Source: Hyphochytrium catenoides
Taxonomy: Eukaryota; Protista; Hyphochytriomycota
Direction of reading: 5' to 3'
Assembly (NCBI GenBank): GCA_900088475.1
Contig: FLMG01001546.1
Coordinates: 86,104-150,103 of the forward strand
DNA length: 64,000 nucleotides
Below, one piece after another: positions 36,247 to 49,800 of the stretch; within the stretch, counting starts at the first letter, position 1; every line of letters starts with the position of its first letter. Made by a program: the position numbers and the translations under genes. The notes beneath the pieces were generated by a model. The model was not told where the DNA came from. It saw only the letters and a list, made by a program, of their open reading frames with translations, and did not search any database.

Positions 36247-38965
36247 ATGAGTGGTGCCAAATCCCCTGATCAACAGAGGGAGGCTACACTCTCAACCACC
36301 ATCGACCTTCATACGTTGAGCAACCTCGCATTGGCCGACTTTGAAGGCCTTCAATCTGAACCAGTGATAGATTCTAAGACTGAAGTCGAGACCTTATCAA
36401 AGGGCTTAAGAGTGGAGACGGAAAGCAAGCTGCCTGGGGGAAACAGCACGACTTACTCAGATGTTGTAAGCTCTCAACTGCTCTTCGAATTGGCCGCAGG
36501 GCCTCTAGAGCCGTATGCACCTTCTAGCGGCTTTGCAACCGCTCCATTCAGTAGCACAGTGGTCTCAAAGGATGTGCAAAGCAACCAAGAGTTAGGCATC
36601 GAGTGCAGCACGGATCAACCTTGTGACGTCAATGGCGTACATGAGCAGAAAACACTTACCTCAGCCCAAGGAAGTGATACAGATAATGCTGCCCTTTCTG
36701 GCTTAACCTTTTCAGAGGACTCTTCATCGGCGAAAGAGGAAAGCAGATTAGTAACACCCGGCAGCCCTCAGGGTAGTAGAAGCCCTGGGGGAAGTCGCAG
36801 GCGGTCGGACACGTTTGAGAGGTGGAGAATAGTGGAAGAAGAAAAGGAGAAATGGCTAGAACAACAACGACAACAGCTTCTCCAAAGGGAGATAGCTGAC
36901 TTGCAGCCCACACCTAGGATTAATAAGGTATGATGAAGGCATTAACATTAGCTTTCTATGGTTGGCTTCTATCGTCCCTAAATCTTAATTATCAATCTCT
37001 AGCGATCGAAAGGTCTGTCTCGGAACGTTGATGATATGCTGCTATGGCACTCGAAGACGCGGCAGAAGCAGGAGCTGCAGCGTCACCTTCAGAAATCAAG
37101 AGAAGAGGCCGCTTGCTCAGGTGCTCCAGTCCTATCCTCAAGATCAATAGAGTTGGCTACCAAACGTCAACATGAAGGTAACGCCTGGCCGAGTTGGTCT
37201 TCATCTGCACAAGGCAACAACTCAAAATCCGACTGACTATCGCCGCTATAAATGATGTTGTTTTGAAGAGGGAAGCAGCTCAGACGTTGGAACTCGATTA
37301 TTTGAAGATTCTGTGGCAAGAGAGAGACGCCTTCAGGACAATCGAAAGGTTCAGGCTAAAGAGTTCTCCTTCAAGCCCAACCTTGCGACGAGCGTCACTG
37401 TCACTACGAAGTCAAGCGTCACAGAGGTCGTGAGACGACAGAATGAGGAGGATAAAGGAGAGGATGACGGCCTCTTATTTCAACCCGCAATCAATTCAAA
37501 GTCAGCCCGCATGCCCAGAGATGTGCCGATTGAAGATTGGCTGCAGAAGAAGGGCCATGACTATGAGCTGAGGCGCCAACGATGGCTTGAGATCGAGGAA
37601 CTGAGGCTTGCCACAAGCAAGGTATGACTAGCGTGCGGGATAGACTACGCTGATCTAGTGCGACCAAAAGCGTTTTGTGCATCACGGAGCTAAGTGAAGA
37701 GACGTCAAAGTTAGGGAATGAAGTTGAGACCATGACTTTGTGGGCCTTTGCGAAGATAGCTGTTATCTGCCTCGCTAAGCAATTCACTTCCTTTCTCCAG
37801 TTTCATGCGAGCACTAGGAACGTCATACTATCGCAAAGAGCTCTTGAAAGAAGAGGACAGGATCATGAGAGCCGTCTTTTTGGCCCCTTGGAGGGGCATG
37901 TTCCGCCTCCACCGCCCTCTCCGCCACGGATAGTCGTCAAGAGGAACACAGAGTACTATGAGAAGAATCTGAAGTGGAAGATGCAAATAGAAGAGCGGTT
38001 ACATAAAGAAAGGAAGGCCCGTGAAGATAAGCTCCAAGAGACTTGCACCTTCACCCCTAAGATATCGGTCAGTCCTAACAAGGGACGACAAGAGGAGTCT
38101 GGTCGCACTCGCATTACTGGAGAGAAGCTGTTTTGGAAGGACTTGGAGTGGCTCAGAAGGAGAGATAGCAAGCTCGCCCAAGAAAGAAAGACACTGGAGG
38201 ACAAGGCGATGAAAGAATGTACCTTTCATCCGCAGCTTCAGCCTCCCAAGGGAAGTAGATCACCCAGAACTCGGTCATCAACCTTCTTCCAAGTCAACCG
38301 GCCGATGGATACCTCCCATTCGGCAGTGGCTCCGTCCGTAAACGCGGCTGTATTGTCGCTTTCGTCACCCCCGACAGCTCATGGAGTAGGTCCAGAGTCC
38401 TTTAAAAGTCTAAGAAGCGAAGCCTCTCCATCATTAGATCAGGTAAGTCACTGGCTGCTGGCCAGAGATAGAGAGCCAATCAACGATTGACCTATGGCTC
38501 TCCCTCGTTTCCATTACTCGTTTCTAGATCCGTCTTTAACGCCTTTCTCGCTCTCATACCCCTGCCATTAAACTGTTGTGTCTTTGTACTCTGTAGTTCC
38601 TCCAAGTCTATCAAACCAAACAGCAAGCTATCGCCTCATCCCAGGGTGTCAAGGCGATTGATCGGGCAGAGAATACCGAGCCTTTTCTCTCTCTTGACAT
38701 TGGGGCCAACAATCCAGGGACTTCTGAGACCAGCGACGTCTCCTCGTTCTCACCAGACAAGCTTTCTCGGCTCTTACCCAAGGGTTGGGACCTTTATGTG
38801 ACTGAGGAGGGGCTTGTCTATTACTGCAAGCAGGAGACGCAGCAGACGCAGTGGGAGTTTCCCTACGACGACGCGCTGATGGAGTTTACAAATGCCCTTA
38901 AACCCCAAGATCTCCCTCAGTCCGCTCAGAAAAATCTCGCTGCAGAGCCCGCTGCTGAGACATAA
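36247..38965 (+). CDS. Hypothetical protein with (CT)FxP/PxIN repeats, charged helical segments and a C-terminal WW domain
   Basis: ORFs 36247.., 37036.., 37313.. and 37675.. are joined by GT-AG introns. Repeats FSFKPNL, FQPAINSKS, CTFTPKI, CTFHPQL. The last exon encodes LPKGWDLYVTEEGLVYYCKQETQQTQWEFP (WW domain, 38774-38863). Stop TAA at 38963-38965. Confidence 0.75.
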
Positions 38966-39050
38966 CTGTATGCAGCAGATAACGAATACTTATTAAATAT
39001 TAATCGCAGATCAACTTAAGGCTATAAGGGCCCTTCAGAGGAAGAAAGAG

Positions 39051-40769
39051 CTAACTCGGGGCTGCCATACTCTGCGCCATCGCTTCCAAATCCTTAATTA
39101 CCTTGTTGTAGTCACTGCTCTTTACCAGAATTACGCGGAGACCCTTGGTATCTTTTGTGGCAGAGGGAGTTGCGCTCTCAGAGTTCTTGGGTGGATAGAC
39201 GGAGTAAGAGACAATCGCGTCCTGTTGGAGCTGTTAGTCCAGACTTTTATACGCAGTTACTGGCCATTACTTCTCGGGACCCGTGTTCTTGTTCGTCCAA
39301 GCTTGATCTCTCTCTTCCAACCTGGCCCAATCAGCCGCTCAAGCTTGCATTCCACCGTCTCTAACTACCAGGCCAGGCTACGTCTACTTGACTACTTACC
39401 GCTGCGATAAGCTCATCATCAAACCGGTAGTAATACTCAGCCCCGATAGCCTCCTGAGCTGGTTTCGCTTTTTTACTTCCTTTTGCCTTCTTCGTAGTTT
39501 TAGGCTTGAAGACGGAGGCAAGCAGGAGGTAGTGACTGAACTGAAAGTTATCTTTCTCCTCTGGCTGTTGAAGAGTAGGCAAATATTGAGACGTCAGGCT
39601 AATACCATAAATAGTGTGGCAGTATTAAGTAATTGGAAGAAGGATGCTAGAGATGGACCACACTTCAACTAAGAGTTGAAACAGTCTAGGATGCGGAGGG
39701 GAAGATGCCCGGCCAGAACATATAGCAGGTGAGGGAGAGGAATCTAAAGAAGACCCACGACGTTAAGGTGGTAGGAGTGAGAGAACGCTCAACGCCTAGA
39801 CAGCATGTTTGATCCTCGAACAACTACGCCAGGACAAAGTCCTGGTGGTGAGAATCTTACGATATTGTCAAGGGTCCACTCTATGTCACTCTTCAATGCG
39901 CTGTGAAGCACTGGAACCACTTGGTGGGGGATGTTGACCATCCTTTCGTTCAGCAGCAGTCCGATCCTCTTACTTTTGTCCTCTAGCGCGGTACGAAGCG
40001 TCTTTCCTTCGTCCGCACTGCCGGCGGAAACAATGAACTTCAGCAGTTCTCGAATTGGGGATTCTTCCTATAGGAAGACTTTAAAACCCAAAAGACATGG
40101 GTGCCATATAAAGGATTCGTCGTTCACCCACTCTACCTCCCGGTGGCGCCAACTTCAGCTTTCCTCCATCACCATTTATTGCAGGTTCAATATATTCTGT
40201 ACTCCACCTTATTACCTTCCCTTTGCCCCTGCTTGATAGCGAGCAGACCCTCTCTCTTACTACCCATCTTCCCTCTAATATCTGCGGTCCCCATGATGAC
40301 ACCAAGAGAAAGTAGTCATCCCGTACCTTTAGCTTCTTTAAGGGCAGGGCAGTGACGAAACCATAACAATCATCCTCACCAACTGAGCTGAGAGCAGTCC
40401 CTACCTCAACCTGAACCAGACAGCAAGAGGTAAGGGGAAGATGGTAAGAACACGATAGAAAAGAGCCTATCAGGTCAAAAGGAGAGGGCGAAATACAAAG
40501 GTGTTAAAGCTGAAGCTAGCGGCAACATTTCAACTCGGATGTCTTGTACCTGTTCGAGTATTAAGTTGGCTAAGCCTGAGATATCCAGCGTCCCGGTACT
40601 TAGTGCAGTCTCCCTATTCTGGACCAGAGCTTAGTCAGCAAGGGTGCATACCTGAGCCACAAGCCTAGCTTACAAATGGAACTCCATAAGATGCCAAACC
40701 AAATTTAAATAACGAGAAAGTGGCAAAGGGGAGAGAGAAAAGAATAGTGAGAGAGAGACTGAACAGTAA

Positions 40770-40801
<32 letters not shown>

Positions 40802-41186
40802 CGAATAATCGGAACCAAGGAGGTAATCTCAAGACTAACCTAACTCACAAAGAGAAAGAATAGTTGAAAGGCTCGTCTGTGATGTACGTTTTCCATACCC
40901 CTAATCTTACCTGTGAATCAGTCCCAGCGGTTGGAGAGACGATGCTTCCCAGCGAGCTTGTCAGCAACTGCTTGATGCTGTGAAAGTAGGTGTCTTTCAT
41001 ATCCGTAAAGTCAAACTCGACAGAGACAGTTTTCTCCTCTTTCTTGCCCTTTCCTTGTTTTCCACTGTCTCTTGTGGCAGGTGTTGAGAGCCAAATGTCC
41101 CCATCAGTGTCGCTTTCGGATGATAAAGACGACTCATCACCAGCTTCGTCTACTTTAGCTTTCTCTTCTGGTCTCTGTCTCTTCAT
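39051..41186 (-). CDS. BCCIP: BCP1/BCCIP family protein
   Basis: Acidic N-terminus followed by VSVEFDFTDMKDTYFHSIKQLL, LANLILEQ, DDCYGFVTALPL, IGLLLNERMVNIPHQVVPVLH, FQFSHYLL and YYYRFDDELI. Stop at 39051-39053. Confidence 0.88.
40773..40800. repeat. (AG)14 microsatellite in a BCP1 intron
   Basis: Perfect AG dinucleotide run. Confidence 0.95.
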
Positions 41187-41765
41187 CCTGCTCCAGTAAC
41201 GAGGTTAACGAGGACCTGATCACCTGTGACGGAACAGTGCGAGTAGATCTTCAGCTGGCACGGCAAACTCTTCTATGTTGAGACAAGTGCTAGTTGATGG
41301 CTTGTCATTCGGAGTAATGGTCCTGCACCCAGGGCCTTTGCCTTGCCGATTTTCTCAGCTTGTGCAAGGCATAGCAGCGAGTCCCCGTAACACTCCTACT
41401 GTAGCTAACAGGAGGCACAGCTGTTTATCACACAGAAGCGTGTCAGGTACCACCACCCGTCCAGAACGCCCCCCAAATTAGCCATCATCCCAGAGCACCC
41501 CCAGGTCCACTAATCATATGGATCGTTTACTTCTAGAGAGTTATCGTCTTCGTATTGTAGCTATGGCTGCTTTGCTAGTGCCTCTGGCTTGTGCTGCAGC
41601 TGGCTGCTAGCAAGTTCCTGGTGCTCTTGCGGCTCGCTGCAGTTGCTGCCGCCAGTCTCTACCTTCTATTGGCATGCATGAAGCAAGACCAAAAGAGGTC
41701 GCGGCAGTTGCGAGTGGCTGAGGAGTTCCACTTAGAGCGAGAGTGAATTGACTCCACGCTCTGAG

Positions 41766-43589
41766 ATGGAGCAGACGTTTACACATTGGGATCACAGCTT
41801 GGAGTTTGAGATCGCAGGCACAAAGCTGTTGATGAAACAGAATCCAAACACTTTTCAGCATGGGACGACTGTCTGGGATAGCAGGTTCGAGTCTTATACT
41901 GGCATTATGCTCGAGGTGTGCCGAATACTTACTGCTCCTCACACATTCTAGTAAGGTGTTGGCCAAGTATTTTGAGAAACACAGACGGCATTATGGTCCA
42001 AGGTGCTGTCCTATATAGAACTTTAGATGAGTCCTTGATTCCTAGCTTACAATGTCTATGCCGTCGTGGTCTCTTCTTGATGTTGCGCTAACGCTAGCCA
42101 TGTCTTTGCCTTTGATTCCCCCGTTTGATGCGAAACTCTCCTGCGTTACACTCAAATGCGGACGACATCTTGCTGCCTACTATCTACAGGAAATTGAAGG
42201 GGAAGAAGGCTTGTGAACTGGGAGCTGGGTGCGGGTAATCTTTTCCTCCATTTGCTATTAAAGCGGTCCGGGGTCATGACAGTCTCGTTTCTACTCCTTT
42301 ATAGACTCCTAGGCATATCATTTACCCTTCTGGGGTGCGATGTTATTCTCACTGACATCCCCGAGGTGCTGCCTTATCTAAAGGAGAATGTTCTAGCGAA
42401 TCTTTCTACAGATAATGTGCTAGATTCGTCGTCTTGCGGAAAGGCCACTGTCCAGGAGTTTGTTTGGTAAGAAATTGATGCGATATTTCCTGAGTGAACC
42501 AAGAGTCAGTTTGCTTATGCTTGGCCGACAGGGGTCAGCAAAGCCCGGCGGAGTCCGAAGGGCCTTTTGGTAAGCCTACATGGGAGCTCGGATTATCAGA
42601 CACTACTGTGGGGAATGTGGCAGCAATAGAAACTTTACAGGAGAACGGACCCGGAGAGAAAGAGGGAAAGACGGAAAGAGAGAGGAGAATCAAAGAGGGG
42701 AAGAGGGAGGGGAGAGAGACAAAGTTCATCGAAGCGAAAGACAGACGCACGCACCCAGCAAGAAGCATTGGAGGGTTCGCTGACTAAAAGTGCACTCGAG
42801 AAAAGCGATGTCATTTAAAAAAGGGACGGTCGGCATGGAGGTAAAGAAATGGATAGATACCAACGGGATACGATGTACCGATAGAGAAAGCGTTTGGGCC
42901 AAGTGGGGTTTGCGTAAAGAGGAAGAAACCCTATTGAGGTGCTAGTGAGTGCCACTGGGACAAGGGTGTGACGCTAGAAAGGGGACAGGATAATCAAGCA
43001 CAGCTCTTACCGTGTGTTTGTTACCTGAAGACTTCATTATCGGCTCTGATCTGGTCTATGACGAACATGTCATAGTGCCGTTAATAGAGACAATTAACCA
43101 GATAGCCACCGAGAAGGTACGTCCCGACGGTGAGAAAGAGTACAAGCACGATATATGAAGTCTGACCTACAGCCACTTTCCAAGACTCAGATCATCCTTG
43201 CAAATGAACGGCGCTGTGAAGATGTAGATAAGGCTTTCCTCCGATTGGTCGATCAGCATTTTATATGGAAAAAGGTCAGAGAGATAGGGTAGGGGCTGAT
43301 CCACCATTACTTTATAGGTTACGCCCATTTCTCGTATCCCCTGTCTTCCCGCTATTTCCTTGGTGTCTACATGGTGCCCTGCTTCTATCGAGCTCAGAGA
43401 ATCTGTCTTTGTCAATCCTGTGCCCACAGGTTCCAGCTATTAAATATCATCAAGATTATCGGAAGGGTAAGACGTATAACTGACCCCATGTGGTCCTCCG
43501 TCTTTCGTCTCATTATCCTTGGTTCATCCTTTAACCCTGTAGAGGCTATTAGCATCTTTCACATGAAGAAGAAAAAGCGGTCAAGCTAA
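41766..43589 (+). CDS. METTL21/family-16 protein-lysine methyltransferase (multi-exon)
   Basis: Spliced product HGTTVWDS|SKVLAKYF..KGKKACELGAGCG|LLGI..VILTDIPEVLPYLKENV..FVW|G..PF|DFIIGSDLVYDE..ILANERR. Contains SAM motif I and the (S/A)DxxY motif. Confidence 0.9.
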
Positions 43590-43862
43590 AGTAGGGCGCG
43601 TAGCACATCAGCGAAGCTATTTATTGGATCTAGCGCTCAGATCGGAAGGATCTGGCACCAACTGAGAATGTGAGATATTGCTAGCGCTTGCATATTATCT
43701 AAACTGCAATAAAATGGGCAATTTTGGGTCCTGACATGGGCTATTTGGACGGTGAAGCGGTAGCTCTTCCCTTCCGCTTGCATCCATCGTTGCTCTCATC
43801 ATGGCTGTCGACAACGATGCTAGGTGGACATCACTGCAGGGACAAGCAGTTAGAGTAGCCTT

Positions 43863-46800
43863 CTAAGTGGCGGAAGCATCTCCATTAACTCTCAATAGAA
43901 GATGATCCGCAGCGCGAATGGCCTCTCCGGCAAGGTCCCTCAGTGATGACACTGAGTAGGTTGAAAGCTGGGACAACTCACTATCTCCTGCTCCTATTGA
44001 AACCGACGTCGGTGCTTGTTTGGAGAGGTAAGGACTCTTGTCTATTCTTTCGTCGTCAACCAGCGAGCTAAGCAGCCGTCGCAACCACTGAAGAACCTTC
44101 TCACCGTCTTTGACTTGACGGAACCTTTCCGCCAAATCGTCATTCTGCCGGAGTAACAGGCAGAACTTCGCGGCCAAGCCCAGGGCATACGCGGGACTTG
44201 TCTCCTCGAACGCGTTGATGCTTTTTGGCAGTCCTTCCCCCTTGCAACCCCATAAAACTCGCTGGAGCCTCAGTTCAGCTATAGAATCCCTGATGTTGAG
44301 CAATGCGCCAAGCAAAGAGAACAAGACGTCCAGGAACTCGATGCGGCCCAAGGCAACGTGCTCCTCAAAGAGTTCGATAACGCTTTCACTGAATGCCTGC
44401 CACTCGTAGCACCAATGAGACATAATCTCAATCACTGGCATCCACGATCCTGGATAAGAGAGAGCATTTATGTACAAACTCTTGGACAATATGCAGCTCT
44501 GAGACCATCGATCCAGTGTGGGGTGGCTCTTCGCCTCCGGATATAACAATGTTGGCGGCCGCACGCTAACTTCCTCACCCATTCTTGGCGATGTTACGCA
44601 GAAGCGTACCAGCCTGGAAATTGTGCAAAGGCAATAATACCAGTTTGGCCTATATTGCAAGGGCGTGCCAACATCCACTGCTGGAACTCTCTTCCGACTT
44701 GCAGGTTGAAATACTGGCCCTTCAGACACAATGACAACGGTAGAATAGCAGACGCTGATTAGAATGTAGTGCATGGATCAAGGACGCAGGTAGCCAAAGA
44801 AAGCGGCTACGAGCTTGAGCAAAGGATCAGAATCAGAGACGTAAGAGAATTGACGCGGTCCAACCAAAACCTACCTATTAATGGACTTAATTCGCCAAGA
44901 ATTTGGTCCGCGAAAAGCATTACAACCTTTCTATCCAGCAAAAATGCCGCTGTTCTCTCACTCAAACAGGCGAAGCGGTGGAAGAGCCAGTAGTATTCTG
45001 TTTGATTGCGCCAATTAGCTGCGACCTCATTGATCGTAGCAGTGGACAGCAATGCATCGAAGAGACCGATGACAATTGAGTTCGGCTTTGCCGAGACATC
45101 ATCTACCATTTCGTCCAAGGATATTCCTTCACCGGTGTCTGAAGCCAAATGTGACTTAACCAGAAGACTGTCTGATTCATACTGCAACAGGACCTGGACA
45201 AGCGCGAGCAGAAACTCTGCGAAGCCCATCCGAATTGCAGCGTTCGGACAACGTACAAGGAGTTCAAGAATGGGGTGCATATCATCGATGCAATCCAGCA
45301 GCAAGTAAACCGCAGCAGGAGTGTTCCTCTCGTAGAGCCTAAAGTATTCCCAGAGCCACGGAGCATTGACGGCGCCATCACATGCCATCCATGTAGGGAT
45401 GCCAGGACGACAAAGGCAACACGGGGCGGAGAGTGGTTCATGGAGTTAGTTGCAATCTAGGTGATGCCAGTAGAAGAGCAGGAGCACAATCGACATATTA
45501 AGTACTAGGCAAGGCATCAAAAGCAAGTCCTTGTAAACCCTATGAAGGACTAAGACGTACCGCTTAAGCTCCTTGATCATTTGCAGAGTGAGTTGGCCGT
45601 GGCCAGACTTTGCTAAGACCTCTAACAGAAAGGTTGCGCCAAGGCGTAGAAGCCTGAAGGGTGGGTCCATGAGCACCGAGCGATCCGCAGTCTTCCACAG
45701 CTCACGTGGTGGATAGTCATGTCTGTTAGCAGGCATAGCTTCACGAAAAATGTCTACCATGAAATGTGCATGCTCCTCACTAAAGAGCAACCGCGAATGT
45801 ATATACTTAACGTTGTCAGCCCATACATCTTCACAGACATGTCTGGAGATTTGCAGGCCTTCGCCAAACGCTGCCAAATCAACCACTGGCTCTGCCGACA
45901 GGTCACCCTCCTTTTTCAAACCTGGATCCTCCACTCTCTTTGATATTATGGCAGACTGAGGTTCGACTGAGGTAGCCCTGGAAGGATTATTTCGCTCATA
46001 GACCAGCATGTAAGCGTTTCGTGACCGCTGGAAAGCTCGGGCCCTGGGATTCATCGGTGAGGCCGTTTCGGTTTCTATGGGTGCGGTTATCTGTCCCCCA
46101 AAGCACTCTTCCTCCAGTCTATCCAAGGAGAAAGGTTTTATCACGGAGTCATTGAACTCAAACCACTCATCCTCCCCTGCTGAAGCCCCTTTATTGCCTC
46201 CTCTGTGCTTGATGAAAGAGTAATAGTGCCCAGACTCAGCGCTGCCAGAATGCACAACCACTCCAACCAAGCTGTACTCATAGTAGCTCCGAGGATAGGG
46301 AAGACCCAAGGGAAAGTGATCAGTATCCGCGCCCACAGGAACCTTTTCAGTTGTTCCATGCAGTTGTAGGAGCTCTAAGCCCTCGCGGGTATAAGGCCAT
46401 AAATTTAGCTCTAAAGGGAACTCAAAGCGGTCGTTCACCTTTTCCCTGTTGAAAGTGTCAAAGTTTAGCTCAAACCGCTTCAGGTGGATGAACAAGGTGT
46501 CCGGCAAGGTCCCAATGCAATCGCGCTTCAAGGTGGGCTTGCGGTCACCACAATGGTCACAATTGACGCCGTCAAGCACCTCTCCTTGTGTCAAGTGCTT
46601 CAAGCTACTCTGCAGATCTTTTTGACCTTTGACTTCCACCGTCATAGAAACGAAGTGCTCCTGCGCCGTTTCTCGCCCTCGATTGCACCCCCCTTGGCAA
46701 AGCAACTGCGTCGACAGTGTTCCTGAGAGGGTCTGCTTGATGAGACCCTTACGCTCCGTCTTCTCTACCGCGTCATGTAGTCGGTCACAACAGGTGGTGA

Positions 46801-49800
46801 AGAACTCTTGCGCGTCCTGTTGAATACTAATATTGATGGGATGGCCGTCCTCATCGACACACACTTGTAGCCAAGGTTCAGGATCGTAGGCCTGTCGTTC
46901 ACTCAGTAGCAAATAACCAAACATTTGCTGAAGTTGAGCTAGGAGGCGGAGCTTGTACTCATCGCTGTTCGGGTCAATGGGCTCTGGAGTTGCTGACCTC
47001 ATCAGCTCATTCTCGGGGTCTCTTGTGGCCGATAATTTCCCGACCTTATGTCGGTGCAGACCCCTAACCGTGAGAAGTCCACTCCGCAAAGACGGGATCA
47101 TATAGAGCTGCTGCAGCAGGGAATTCATATAGCAGACGCACCCACTATTCACTAACCCTACAAAGCCAGTTGGGCTTCTTTGTTCTTTCGAGGGATCGTG
47201 ACCCCAAAAGACGCTTTCGCTGTCGTCAGAGGTAAAAGCAGAATGCTGCTTTTCAAGGCTTGGTAAAAGCTCGTAAAGGTTCTCGGGAGTGGATTGCACG
47301 AGCTCCTCCACAAGTCGATAAGCCTGGGTTCGTGCTAGCGGCGTTTTGCACTTCGGAGGAAGACCAGGCACAGCCGAACCGTTGATGTCGCGCAACCGAC
47401 CGGAGATATCAAATAAGCAGTGGTTCCATAGAATTTTAAGCAAGCTTTCTTTGCCTTCCTTCGCCGAAGCCAGCCGCTTCAGGTCGGGATAAAGTCGTAG
47501 CAGCAGGCGGATAATCATCAAAAATCCGATAAGAACGATGTCTTCGTCTCCAGAATCGGCTAATTCCATTTTTGCCTCATCTGTTTTGGACGTATGCAGG
47601 TCTCCTTCCCACTGCACGGTAGCAGAGTCCCCAGGTAAGTCCACCATTACCTGTCTGCCAGGGGTCACTGTCCTTGCAAAGCCCCGTTCTAGTGTCTCAT
47701 GGCCTTCCAACCACCGCATAATGTTCACCAACAGGTCCTTAGACCAGGAGAAGCTACCAAGCACGGACCGGTCTTCGTCAATTAGACCGCTTTGCGTGGG
47801 TTTGGCCTTCTCGTAGAGTCTTTCAATAAGGAAGTAAAGGAGGAGGAAGAAATCCGGAGATATAAGAGAGGCAGCCACACCCTTGGGAGGGGGAAGGTTC
47901 GCCAAAAGAGTCGTTACTAAGTGGTCAACCACCGCATCCGCGACCGCCTCACCGCCTTCGACATGGGACAAGTGCTTTCGTGACGTGATACTCTGAATGC
48001 ACCAAGAGAAACAAGCACGGATCCTTGGCGAATATTGGCACTGGATGAAGTCAAATAAGAGGGACTGGAAGGCTCTTTCCTCCTTCAAACGTAAGAGGAT
48101 GGAAGGAGTGTCTAGGCAGCAGTTAGCCCATAAACAAAGCCCGGCCACGACTATATCCTCGCTTTTTTTGGCCAGATTCCTTTCCTTTCCCTGTATGGGA
48201 CAAGAAAGTCCCAAGCTGAAGCCTGACTGAAGGATCCCGAGTAGCTGGTCCTGCAGTACTAAGGGAGAAAGATGGGGGAAAAGGGTAGAAAGGCAAGATG
48301 GGCCTCCACGTGTTTGACACGCCGAACCAACATCACGAAGCTCCTCATCTTCTTGGATGGTACGGTCCTGTACGTTCAGTATTAGGCGTCGCATAATCTG
48401 TCCGTACGTCTCTAAGGCATTCGACCTTGCGCCCGAGACTAACCTCTCACCAAGCACAATTGCCACAATTCGGATAACAAGTGCGAGGCAATCTAGTCGC
48501 AATTCTGTGACAAAGTGGGATTCTGGCTTTTCCAAGAGACCATCACTCTTTGTCATGAGGATTTTCATCAATAGTCCTAAGCCGCCGGATACGACAAAGT
48601 GACCACTCCAGTCAAGCTTTTGGGCCCTTCTTTCCCCACTTAACAGTGACCAAATAACCTGCAGAACGTAGAGGAGGCGCGGCCCATGGACTTCTGAAAA
48701 GGAGAGGAGGTCTGCCCAGATTTCGCTTGTCCCATACTCTATTCGTGCCTGGATCTCTGGATTAGTAGGCAATCCCATAAGAATCTCCCAAGCATTCTTC
48801 GACACCACATCCGAGTGTCGCTCGCTTAGCAATCTGAAAAGGAGGTCAAAATTTGCGGAATGTTTGCAAATCACAACTGGCGGAAGCTCCTCGATACTGA
48901 TACGACTAGAGGTATCATCGCTGGTGATGGTGGGACTCGGCGTTACTTCAGGCGTGGGTTGAACGCTTTGTGACATGGAGACAAGAATAGCGTCTCCGTC
49001 CTTGATTCCTAGTTGTTGAAGTGTAAGAAAGCGTGCGGACTCTTGAATCTCTTTCCCAGCTCTAAATATTCTCAAATCGTTCGGAGGTACGCCGACCAGT
49101 CTGGCAATAGTAGCCTGCAGTTGCCAGGCTGTGTCCATCTCATAGGCTTCGATAGCGGTTCTCTGCCCCTTAGTTCTCGAACCTTTAACACTATTGTTCA
49201 AAGGCAGTGTGACGCGCTTTCCCTTATACAAGGAGCTATGTCGAAAAAGCACCTTGTTCGTTAGCGCTTCGGTGTAGGCGTCGTCAGCCGAAATGAAATT
49301 TCGAAGAACAAGAAGACATCGCCGGATTCTTTCCTCCGGCTTCACGCCGGCAAAGGTTTGCAAGGCCATCGACTCGTGAGATTTTGCTTCCTCGTCAAAC
49401 TCTTCCACGGATTCTCGTAGATGACCTAAACACTTCTGAACTTTAGCCAGTCTAACGTTTGAAGAGTTACCAGAACCAGCCTGCTGGTAGAGAGTAGTAA
49501 GAAAGCGAATGGCTTCAAGAGCTACTGGGAGCTCCCGAGCGGCTAAGGCTATGGTCCAGAAGTCTTCAAGCCCTTCAATCTGCTTGTCAAACGACAAGAC
49601 GTGAAAACTCCGAGTCGAGCCCATTCTCTCCAAGATGTGGCCTTTCTCGTGGTTGATTAGTCTGAAGAACTTCTGCAGGCAATGGAACGCCGAAACTGTG
49701 AGATCTGGACCTGTGAGGTAATCGTGGCTAGATAATAGCTCCCTGAAGATGTAGTTGTACGTGTCTTCCATGAAGATGACGCTGGGATCTGCGCTATCGA

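Noticed and set aside
42570-43030. Purine-rich stretch with ORFs 42494..42787 and 42580..42783
   Set aside because: Low-complexity GA-rich sequence in a methyltransferase intron, with no terminal repeats or transposon motifs.
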